From positions 12,028,001-12,092,000 of the forward strand of contig NC_045138.2 of assembly GCF_008831285.2 (NCBI RefSeq): a stretch of 64,000 nucleotides of DNA, written 5' to 3'. This document shows positions 1 to 10,523 of this stretch, piece after piece; position 1 is the first letter of the stretch; every line of letters starts with the position of its first letter. Origin of the DNA: Nymphaea colorata. Its lineage: Eukaryota. The position numbers and the translations under genes are program-made. The notes under the pieces were generated by a model. That model was not told where the DNA came from and did not search any database. It worked only from the letters and a program-made list of their open reading frames with translations.

Positions 1-55
1 AATATACAAAAAAATCCCAGACCTATGCGTTGCCCCTCCGGGCGTCGCCGACCCT

Positions 56-3000
56 TCACCTCCTTGCCCGCTTTCTGACCGTCCTGGACGGTGGCGGTGG
101 CGGAGGAGCAGGTTGCGCCTCTGCTTCCTTAGCCCTCTGCCTCCCCGCGACACCTTTTTTCGGTGGCCGCCCAACTCCTCTCTTGGGCGGGGCCGAAGCC
201 GGAGCATTCTGTCTGCCGCCAGTCTGCCTCGAACCAGGTTCCTTCCGGCCATCTCTCCCTCCTTTTCGCTGGTCTCCGCCCCTCCCACCATTACCACCAC
301 CCGATTCCCTCAACGTCTCGAGCAGGTTTGTCCCCGCAGAAGTCATGGCGGCTGAGGTCGTCGTTGTTGGGCCGCCGCTTGCCCTCTTCATCCTGTTCAG
401 GAAGTTTGCTGCGGCCGCGCTCCGCTTTTTCGACGGCAATTCTGCCTTCTCCCCTACGGTAACATTCAACACCCCCTTCGAAGCCGTTGTCGTGGACGCC
501 GTGAGGCTGCGGCCGTGGTTGGAACTCTGACTCGCGTTCTGGTGGCTGGAAGAATTCGGCGCGTTCTTTGTTGCCATCATGCTCGCCCTGCTCTTATTGG
601 TCCTCGAGCCCTTGAGAGGCCTCTTCTTCGACTCGTTCTCCGCTCCTCCCTTGCCCTCTCTCGAACCGGGTCCGTCAGGCTCCTCCCGTGTAACCGATTC
701 GGTCTCCACGTTAGGCTGTTTCGCGGCCTCCGGTTGAGAGGCAGACAAGGTGCTGCGCTTTCTGCTAACGACGACTGGGGCGACGGAGTTACCGGACTTG
801 GAAGGTTGCGAAACGGGATTGTTTGAACCGGATCTGGGTTGTTCCTTCGTATCGGAAGACGGAGACGGGTCGGACATGTTCTCGGCTTTCTGGGCTTTAT
901 TGGGGGCCATCAGTTCTCTGGTGACGAGGTCCCGAAGGTGGCCAGCGGCGGTAGACTCCGGCGAGTTCTTGGGATAGAAAACAAGAGCATTGTTGAAGAG
1001 GAGGAGGAGGTCCCTGAAAAATTCCAGGGGGCTAGAGTAGTGCCCTTCTTCGACTCGCGTCGATACTGCCTCGAGATCTACGTGCTTCCGGATCAGACTT
1101 CTGTAATACATGGTGTCCTGATATAAAGTGAGCGAGCACGGAGAAAGAAAAGGAATCAGTGACGGTCCACTCGACTCGCGCGACAAATCATGACGCAACG
1201 TCTCGGCCCATCACAACTCGGCTACACAGGTCGAGTCTGTCTCAACCAAAAGCGGATACAAATCTCAGAATAGCCCCACCAGTTCACAGTAGAAGGAGAG
1301 GGCTCGCTTGAACGAAGCCCCGAGCCAGCAAGGAAAAAGAAAAAAAAATCGTGATGCCCTGCTTGGCGTACACGCGTTCATAAGGACGCGTGTCGAAGGG
1401 CATCACATGCCCTTTGCGAAATGGTGATCGCACCTGACCTGACCCGAAACAGAAGAGCCGTCGCATGCTCGCAAATCAGAAAAGGGTAGTAGGACTCAGC
1501 GAAGCGGCCACGATGAAAAAGGAGTGTCCAACCGGATGGAACAACGTTCAACTGCCCACTTTAGCAGATGACCCGTTCCCGGTACAAGGAGAAAGGCTTT
1601 TCGTACTCTGTTCAGAACAGGTGAACAGAACTCACTTTTGTGTTTGGATAATTAAAATCAATGTGTCAAGACCGAACAAGAGAACGGGTGACTTCAGAAG
1701 CAGAAGCGCGGATTTGTAAACACATAAATGACAAAAGCAAGGGTCTCAAAAGTCCATATCTATGCTTCGGTTTTCTTAGAAATAAAAAATTTTGAAGGAC
1801 TTCAAAAGAAAAGAGGGAAATAAAGAGAGGCCAAGATGACTGGACAAATAGGACACCTCTCGGGCCAGACACTTGGCGATTAGATCACGAAAAGGACGCG
1901 AGCTGACGGAGACCCAAACCCAGGCTACAGATCAGGAACGAAAGGCCTGACCCGAATCGCCGGATTCAGATCCAATCTGCCGCTGGACGGTCGAGTCATC
2001 CAACCCGAACACGTGACCATCCGAAAACGAAACTTAAATGACTGACGTGCCCTCCACCGGAACGCAGGGTGAGCGGCCAAAAGGTCAAAAGATTTAGAAG
2101 AAGCCACGCCGTTCCCTTGGACGGCGCCTCTCGGCGAAACAAGGGCACGATGAAATGCCAAATCAGTGCTCCCAAACGTAAAGCTCCTCGAAATAAACAG
2201 GGGTGGTGTAGTAATTAAGAACCTCCGCCGCCGGGAATATACCTGGCTATCGAGGCGGCGCTCGAAGACGCGGCCGTACCGGTGCGACCGCACGGCGTCG
2301 AGGGGTTCCGCCAGGCGGCCGACCTCCCCGGCAACGGCGCGGCTGCGTTTCATGCGAGGCGAGTCCCCGGTCGAAACGCCGTCGGATGCTCGCTCGTCAT
2401 CGTCGCCGCTGCTGCTCTTCTCCAGCCCCTTGCGACGTCTCTTCTTTGAGAGGCGGACGGAGCTCAACTCCTCGCTGCTTTCCTTCGCGTCCTCGACCTC
2501 GCCGCTGCCGTCCTTTGACTCGGCGTTCGACCGTCCCGCGCCACCTATTTCTCCTCCTGTGGCGTCCTTCGTAGCAGAGTAAACGTCGCCGAGGTCCGCT
2601 TCCCTCCCCTCCCTCAGGGACTGTCGCCCTGCCGGATCCTTGCCAATAGTCTCCGAACTTCCGTTGTACGACTCGGACGGTGACGGCGGTCGTCCGGCAG
2701 GTCTCTCCCCCCTCGTCCCCTCGCCGGCAGGGTCTGCCGTCCGGTCTTGCACTCCATCGGTCATCTCCGGCTCTGGAGCCCTAGCCTGGGGCTTCTCCTC
2801 TGTCGAGTTCGACTCGGAAAAGGATCGGTTCTCGCGATCCGATTCATCGTTTCTCTGATTCGGTTCGCTGGGTTTCGTCTCAGGATCGATTCCCTTGATC
2901 GTTCCACCCTCCGCCTCCTTCTCGCCATCGGCCTTTCGGTCGGCTGCCTCTCCTTCTGAACGTAAGAGCTGCTCTCTGTTCTCTTCCTTCACCGGATCTA

Positions 3001-4271
3001 GATCTTTCTGGCCGTTCTCGGCCTCCGAGACGCTGCGCTCGCGATCTTCCTTCAGTTTGTTAAGCTTGTGTTGTAGGGAGCTGCGAAGAAACCCTAGATC
3101 GTTAATCTCGTGAGAAATGAGAGAGCGCCGGTCGTACAAAGCTGGATCGAAGAAAAGCAAAACACAAAGGCAGATATTTCAAGGAAAAAATTCGGAAGGA
3201 CACGAGGAGAGGACGAGACAATAGGCTGACTGCGCCGGATCTTCGAACGACGACGTTCCGAATTAGATCTCGAACGGACGGAAAACAGACCGGCGAAGCA
3301 CAAGACAATTCCTTTTAAACCAAAAAAAAAAAAAAAGAAAGAAAAGGTATGTATTATGGTTAATTTATAAAACTCAAGAAATAGCATTTATATATTTGGC
3401 GCAAAAATCGAAAATGAAAGTCGCGAGAGCAAAAACACTCAGATCTACAACAGAATGTTGAGCGAGGAAAGTAAACAAAAAAAAAGTGAAGAAAGAATCT
3501 CTGCGACTACGAACCAACCAAACCAGAAAAGAAATGAACGCCAAAATAGAACACGAAAAAATTAAAAAAAAAAAAGAAAATAGTTATTTCCCTCTTCAGA
3601 AGAAACAAAGGTAACAAAAAAAATCGAAAACTTTTCCTTTTCAATCGCAAGGAAAATAAATTGAAAGCAAACACGTAGAGAAAAGCAGTGTTTTAAATCA
3701 AAAATACCGAAAGAGGAACAAATCCAGACGGAAGAAAGACGATTGTTCACATACCGAAACCCCGCGATAAGTACACAAATAAGGAAAGGAAAGCTCGTTT
3801 AACTAAGAAGAAAAAAATCTATTTTCCATTTAAAATTTAAAAAATGGGAAAAACAGTATTCTCGCGTGAAAGGGCTGAAGGAGAAGTATCGGCTTACACG
3901 ATCGAAACGTCGTAACGCTCTACCTCTCGCCTGAGTTCATCGACCCTGATCTTCCTCAACTCCTCCAACCACGGTATCCTCCTCTCCTTCTCCTCCCCGG
4001 CCTCATGTCCTTCCTCCACTCCCTCTCCCTCCTCCTCCCCCTCGTCTTCCTTCCTAGCCTTGCCGTTCCTGAATCTCCTCCATAGGTCCCTGTATTTCGC
4101 TCTGCAGTCGTCGGCGGAGAGCAGGAATCGGGAAGGCGACGATGTCCGCGTCTGGACCTCCATGGCGACGAAATCCCAACTCTTGGTACCGTGACGCTTC
4201 ACGGCGCAGGCCAACACCAGCTCCTCCCACGTTCCCCACCGCTCCTTCCCTCCGACGTCGCGGGTCGACAT
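56..4271 (-). CDS. SANT/Myb-like + bromodomain-containing protein (plant DNA-binding bromodomain family), 3 exons, ~757 aa
   Basis: Exons 4271-3898, 3080-2243 and 1117-56 have GT-AG junctions that join in frame (DVSIV|SLQHKL; RRLDSQ|DTMYY); total 2274 nt. N-terminal WGTWEELVLACAVKRHGTKSWDFVAMEV (SANT-like) and IPWLEELRK..ELRREVERYDVSI; split bromodomain VFERRLDSQ..YRSLIRKHVDL..FFRDLLLLFNNALVFY; C-terminal KRGVGRPPK AT-hook-like motif. Confidence 0.92.
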
Positions 4272-4944
4272 GATTTCTCATCAAGCCTCCCCCAGCCCCT
4301 CTCTCCTCCCTCCCGCCCCCTGGCCCTCCCTCCCTCTCTCTACATCTGCCTTTAAATCCCGATCTAATTTTTCCGAAATTTTAATGTTTAAGTAAAATTC
4401 CCCTTTTCGTCTTGAATTCGGATAATTTCCCTCCCTGTCCTCGGTCTTAACGCCTGTCCTTCCCAGTGGCTATATGAAATTATATCGGAAACTCGGACTT
4501 ATTAATGTGGGAGCCCAAAATTACCAAATTATACCCCATTTCTACCGTCTCTTTTGGGACGACACGCGCGGTGGGAAGGAGGTGAATTCCTTTGCGTGAT
4601 ATATTGTCTGCTTTTTCGCTTTCCCTGGAGAAATTGACGAAATTGCCCTTATTGGTGTTCTTTAGCTAGCTAGCGTTCGACAACAGCGGGCTTAAAGTCT
4701 TGCTACGGTGCCACAAAAATCTCAGGATTTTGATCATGGGATAGGTGGGATGGGGATTTTCATTCATATCCCACAAAAAAGGAACCGACTGGTAGAGCTT
4801 TTAATCCCCGTGATCACGCGGCCGTGTTTGATGGCACAACCGAGCAAGATTCAAAGAGAGGGAAACAGGGGGAAGAGGGAGAGAGGACGAAGGGGGCGAC
4901 GGTTGCCGGTATTCTGCCGGCGGCCCATGCATAAGTGCACGATA

Positions 4945-5250
4945 GTTTATCAATGGATTATATTCAAATCAAATATATCATTATCCGCTTTTTTTTATAC
5001 TCACTGTTTGGATTCGAAGGCTGATGAAAAATCATATTCTCAATCCAATTCAAATTTGATTTTACATTTATATCTGAATTTGAATCCGAAACAAAATTTT
5101 GAATCGAATTCGACTGGTTTTCAAAATGATAAGATATTTATTTAAAAATAAATCTAATTAAATGTATATATGAATTCAATCATAAATTTAGGTATATCTG
5201 AATTTGAATACAATCAAATGTTATTTCTTACGTTTGACTCCGATCTAATT
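4945..5250. mobile_element. Degenerate copy of GGATT/AATCC-rich MITE family (related to 7585 and 9119 copies)
   Basis: Dense ATCCGA/GAATCC/GGATTC motifs as in the better-preserved copies; termini not resolved. Confidence 0.35.
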
Positions 5251-5618
5251 TTTTACTCTTATGAATTTTTTTTTCTACATTCAATTTTGTTCAAACATCT
5301 CATTCAAATATGATATATTGGTGTTCTTGCATGTTCAAGGGAAGAAAAAGAGAGAGAGATAGAGAGATGATGAAGATGGCGGCTGAAAATCTCAACAAAG
5401 TCATTGATAATCGTTTCCTTTTGGTAACGGCCGCTGATAGGGGCAGAGCCTGGAATTTTTGGTCCATGAGCCAAACTATATTTTCAAAATTTTAACAAAA
5501 ACTAAAATATAATTTTTTATATTTTTTTTTACACGTAAATTTTTGAGATGTTAAAAATTTGATAGGGAGAGAAAGAGAGAGTGGGAGATAAGGCGAAAGC
5601 ACTAAAGGCGAATTTTTT

Positions 5619-5670
5619 TTTCTGTGGATTAAAATCCCACCTCCCATGAAGGGATTTCAATCCACAGAAA
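5619..5670. repeat. Inverted repeat, 20-bp arms, 12-nt loop
   Basis: TTTCTGTGGATTAAAATCCC (5619-5638) versus GGGATTTCAATCCACAGAAA (5651-5670): 19/20 complementary. Confidence 0.85.
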
Positions 5671-5887
5671 CAAATCCCTGTTTCGCCTCTAAAACCGTAG
5701 ATTTATTTTCACCATTAGTTGGGACCGTTGATTTTTTTTTAAAAAAAAATCGGGTTCCCACTTGAACAGTGGAATCCGCACCCAGCAAACACGCCCAATG
5801 AGTGTGGGGCCGCGGAAAGAGAGGAGCGCGTGATCGTCTGCCCGTCGATCTCGTAGAGATGAACGACCCGATGCGAAGATGCCAAAC

Positions 5888-6279
5888 TGAGGTACGTGAG
5901 CAGGGTCTCAATCAGGGTCCGAATTAGGTATGAAAGAATCACGCCTTTGACGGGATCCGGCATTCTTGGTTGGGGCCTTCAAGTCTCTCCCGAAACTTTG
6001 GGTACTGAAACAAGAAAAACAGATCCAAATCCGAAACCCACTTGAGCCCAATCTTTTCTTTAAGCCGAGTCCAAAATCCAAATCGCCGGGATACGATAGT
6101 CCGAGTAGTTACAGTATCGGGCAGGTTAACCTTGTTCCTTATTTGATCCAGAGTGGTCGGTAGGGTGAGCGGGAGGTTCATCGCTATGGCCGGTAGGCAC
6201 CTCTTACCGGTCTTGAGCTGTGTCAATGTCAGTGATGGTAGCGGTGCACCCATCAACTTGGTCGCGGTCATATACCTCA
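5888..6279. mobile_element. LTR-like element (~390 bp) with TG...CA ends and short terminal inverted repeats
   Basis: Begins TGAGGTACGTGA and ends TCATATACCTCA (10/12 inverted match). On the minus strand the CA end is followed by GTT-TGGCATC (partial PBS-like). No TSD seen. Confidence 0.4.
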
Positions 6280-6534
6280 TGAGTGTTGTTTTGCGAAAAA
6301 ATATTGAAGATTAGCAATCTTGCTTTGGTTTTGGTTTTCTTATGTTTGAAACATTTTTAAGCAGTAGTATGCATGCAGCATAATCTACAAAAACTATGTA
6401 AAACCACGAGTAAAAGACATTATCATTTTTAACAAACTGAAAAAATATATTTCCTGTCATGTTAAATTTTGCAACAGAAACTTGCTTTCAAAGTAAGGCT
6501 TTTTGGCTTTTTTCCTTGGACGGAGCTAGAGAAA

Positions 6535-6845
6535 ACAATGGATGATCGAATTTGAATCGAATGTTTTCTTAATCATCTCTATTTTTGCAAATGTTCACAT
6601 ACCCAGCTTTAGATTCAGATTCAAATGAGAATTTGGAAAGTAATATATGAATCTGAATCCAAAATTTGATTTTACATTCCAAATCTGATCTGAATTGCAT
6701 TTTTAAATTCACGTCTGAATGTGAATCTGAATTTTAAACTAAAAGCGACTGACTTTCAATATTTAAGGGCACTGAATATATGATATTTTTTATAACTGAA
6801 TCTGATAAAAATCAAAATCAGATTGGATATTTATTTATATCCACA
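6535..6845. mobile_element. Degenerate copy of GGATT/AATCC-rich MITE family
   Basis: Starts AATGGATGATCGAATTTGAATCGA, resembling the left end of the 9119 copy; repeated GAATCTGA/TCCAAATC motifs. Confidence 0.35.
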
Positions 6846-7584
6846 TAAAATGCAATTATGCTGAACAAATGTGAGATTTCAGTAACAGCACTAAATTTTG
6901 CTTTTATCGTGATATTTTTCTAGTTTTTTTTGCCATAAAAACTAATCCATTAACATCTGTATTCTGCTTTTCATGTTCTTTTTTATATTTTTTACGTTTA
7001 CATATATATATATATGCCGCTGCATGAAGCTTAACATGGTTTGCATGTCATGTGAATTTTGGAGAACGAGAGGCACAACGATGCCATAAAAAAAACTTTT
7101 TTACAAATTGAAAATGAAAGAAGAATCAAGACAATGTGGCTATTATCATATTTGACTAACTCATTATTAGCTATCTAATTAAACGAGTGTGCCATGGGTT
7201 TACTCAAGTCCTAAAACAGTCCTCAACCCCAAAATTGGAGGAAAAGAAGAGGGTTTCAGCACTTTCTTAAAGCAAAGCAGATTCTACTCACCCGAAACTA
7301 TGAAGTCGGTTTCAGATTTGAAGTGGGGCAACAATATTTTATGAGACTGATTTCGTGCTTTTCAGATCTACAGATCCAGCTAAATTTTATGATCATTCAG
7401 TTAAGGGGAAAACCCTAAAATCAGTTACGGGGAAAACCCTAAATCAAACAGAAAGCTAGTTTCTGGCAGGTTTAGCGTTCTTCGCCGGACCAAACCAAGT
7501 GGACATCGAAGTTATTTGGTTGCCTGAATTACGCCCCGGATTCGAGAACAGCGGGACGGCCTCCTTCATCATGTCTTTCACCAC

Positions 7585-7992
7585 TAAGGAATGTCAATAT
7601 ATCCGATTTGAATCGGATATATGACCGATCCGATCCGATCTGAAAAAATTAGATGTGGAAAAAAGTTTAATATCCGATTAAGAAATCGGGTCGGATTCAG
7701 ATTTAATAAATGTCATTTGATCGGATTCGAATTCAGATTCGGATATACATAAATACCCAATTAGATTCATATACAGATTCGAATCGGATCCATTTTTTAG
7801 ACAAATGTCATGTATCTAATGCTATTAACATTCAAAATTTGGGTTCAGATATAAATATAAAAATCAGATTCAGATCGGATTCATATTGTAAAAACGGATT
7901 TCGATCTCGAATTCAGATATGACTCTCGAATATATAATATCCGAAAAAATGAATATGATTAAAGATATATTCGATCCAAATCCAATCCATCT
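7585..7992 (+). mobile_element. hAT-type MITE copy (one end truncated)
   Basis: Starts TAAGGAATGTCAATATATCCGATTTG, matching the reverse complement of the 9452 terminus (TAGGGATGTTAATATATCCGATTTAG); internal ATCCGATCCG repeats. Confidence 0.55.
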
Positions 7993-9118
7993 TCAAAATA
8001 AAACTTTTTAAAAATTTACAAGTAAATTTTGAAAAAATATTCACTGTATATAAAAATTTAAAAAAATTATATTTCGAATTTTATTAAAATTTTGAAAGTT
8101 GGTGCAGTGGACCCCACCGGGAATAGGTCAGCCGAACGTATGGTACAAATCCAAACACTAACGCATCGCTGACATTTTTCAGATCTGTCAGTTAATGGGT
8201 TTAAGTGCAAACCGTGCATGTTGGATTTTTATAAAATTATTTTCTCATTCGTGCTTTTAAATGTGGAATATGAATGAGAAGGATCTGATCATATGGCTCC
8301 CACTCCCAGTGTTGATGAAAATAACGATCAATGACGGACCAACACGTTTAAGTGAGGATATGACTACACAAAGTGGACCCAAACCCGAAATATACCGGAT
8401 AGATGTATGTATGAGATAATGCAGTTGATCCACCGTTATTTTTACATTGATGCCTTTAAATATTTGAGTATTTATATATATTGGTGGTGAAAGTTTTGGA
8501 TTATTTCCCCTCCAACCAAAATTTCTAGTTCCGCCATTCACGACATCTCCAATTTATTTATTGCGTTCGTTGGACTATGCTATGTGGATCCTTCTTAAAT
8601 AAAACCAAGATTCAGTCTTCCCTCGCTTAGTTAGTGAATGTTAGGGCGAGAGAGAAGGCTTTTGGTTGATCTTTAAACCTTTATGAACCTTCAAAATTGG
8701 TTTACCTTCTTTATTATATTGCTATCCTTATTTTAGGGGCAGATTTGGAAATTTCTGGTGAAGGGATATTAAAAATGAATTTTATATTTTTAGGGCCATC
8801 AACATGTAAATAAGAAAAATGCCCATAAAAATCTCAATATAAAAATAAGTATTTTTTGTGGCTCCTTGTGGGCAGCTGCCTACATGTTGCCCACACCTGC
8901 CTCTTTTTTTTTTTTTTTTTTGGTATTCTTTTCCCTTGATTATCGATTGTGGGGATGAGGATTCAAGCAAGTCATATCCACTGCTTCAGGATATTAGTCG
9001 GGTTAGGTCTCAACCACTATAATGGCCAAGAATAAGGAGTAATGGATTAAATAACACCACTTAGTAGGGTCAGGTCCCAATCTAGATTTTGGGTCCATGA
9101 TCAAATAACTCCACTTAG

Positions 9119-9452
9119 TAGGGATGGTAATGGATTAGATTTGAATCAGATATAACTTTAATTGTGTCTGTTTTCTTGAATATTTACATATTCAGATGAA
9201 AATGAACAACGAAAATTATATGTTACTCTAAATCCAAAATCCGATTTCACAATTTGAATTTGATCAGAATCCAAATTTTGAATAGAACCTGGTCTATTTT
9301 CGAAATATATGAGCATTAGGTATATGATATTTAAAGCTAAATCAGATGTCATTTGGATCCAATTCTATTTCTTAATCGGATATTAGATTGGTTTCATATG
9401 CAAAATCGTTGATTCGGATGTCCGATCTAAATCGGATATATTAACATCCCTA
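9119..9452 (-). mobile_element. hAT-type MITE with TAGGGATG...CATCCCTA TIRs
   Basis: Perfect 8-bp TIRs; imperfect flanking duplication CCACTTAG / CACTTTAG; inverted relative to the 7585 copy. Confidence 0.65.
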
Positions 9453-10290
9453 CACTTTAGAAGTGTAAAGGATTCTTATTTGGATGCACATTTAGGTTAG
9501 ATTATGATAACAGTATTAATGGATCAACATAGGAGATAATGGGTCCATTACTTGCAAGTAGGCTTCATTTGGTGCAAGCGATTTTCTGACACTATTTGGG
9601 AGCAGCTATCAAGGTTTGGGTGCAAACAGATATGAAAGATTTGCAAATATTTTGTGCTGCAATTGCAATCCAGATCCTTGGATTCATGTATTTTGGGTGA
9701 TTGTTCGCAAAAGTGTAGTGAACATTCAAGAGATCACTATTATTGGTTAAAAAGATATTTTCAGAGGACAGCTTGAAAAGAAATCGATTAATTGAGCAGA
9801 GGTTGGAAGGCCAAAGGGGCCCAAACGGTTTGTGAAAAGTTCAAAAAGAAAGCTTCAATCCAAAAACTTTGACTGAGAAATTGGGATTTGAAGACTTCAA
9901 AAAAGGAATTTTGGACCTTCAAGTCTCAACCCTAGATCTGGATCCTCATCAGTAGATCCAAAATGAAAGAGGTTGGAGGAATTCAGAAATTGGTTTTGGG
10001 CCTTATTACAATATCTCATTATTGTTCAATATTATGGCCACTAAATAATTTGAAAGATTTGGATATTGAACTAACCATTCATAGCAACATAAGAAAATAT
10101 TAATAACATAGGGAGAAGATATCAAGAATGACATGGATGTACATTTCCTAGTGCAAGATATCTATGCAACACAAAACCAAGTAACCTTGGGAGACATTCT
10201 TGCAAAAATAGTTGCCTTAAAATTTCCTTTGAAGTTTCAAAAGTAAATAAATATTAATGTTTAATATTTATTTACTTTTTAAAACTTCAA

Positions 10291-10523
10291 GAGGCATATA
10301 AACGTAGCTGGTCGAGCTAAAGGCCTGTATAAAGGCAGATCTCTAGTTCGATTCCTGTGGGCGTTATGTTCATGTATCTTAAGGTGGTAGGATGCAACAT
10401 CCAAGTTGAAGGGTGCACCATTGTTATCGCTGACATCAACATAGCTCAGGAACCCAGAGACAGAGAATGGGGGGGACCTTCGGGCTTCGTTTCGGGCGGT
10501 GGGATGAACCCATCGCTCACCCG
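10291..10523 (+). mobile_element. tRNA-derived SINE-like element, copy 1
   Basis: A-box-like TGGTCGAGCTAAAGG, B-box-like AGTTCGATTCC (10345-10355), 3' GC hairpin (10490-10526), 13-bp direct repeat AAATAAATATTAA at 10245-10257 and 10524-10536. Confidence 0.55.

Noticed and set aside
30..3113. Plus-strand ORFs overlapping the bromodomain gene
   Set aside because: Antisense shadows of GC-rich coding exons.
5888..6279. Retrozyme (hammerhead) or Cassandra (5S) LTR
   Set aside because: No CTGANGA hammerhead core seen on either strand and no 5S internal sequence.
10311..10330. GTCGAGCTAA resembles the 5' end of plant 7SL/SRP RNA
   Set aside because: No USE (TCCCACATCG) upstream, no SRP core similarity downstream, no oligo-T terminator at ~300 nt.
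10300..10365. Intact tRNA gene
   Set aside because: A/B-box-like motifs are present but I could not build acceptor and anticodon stems; treated as a SINE head.
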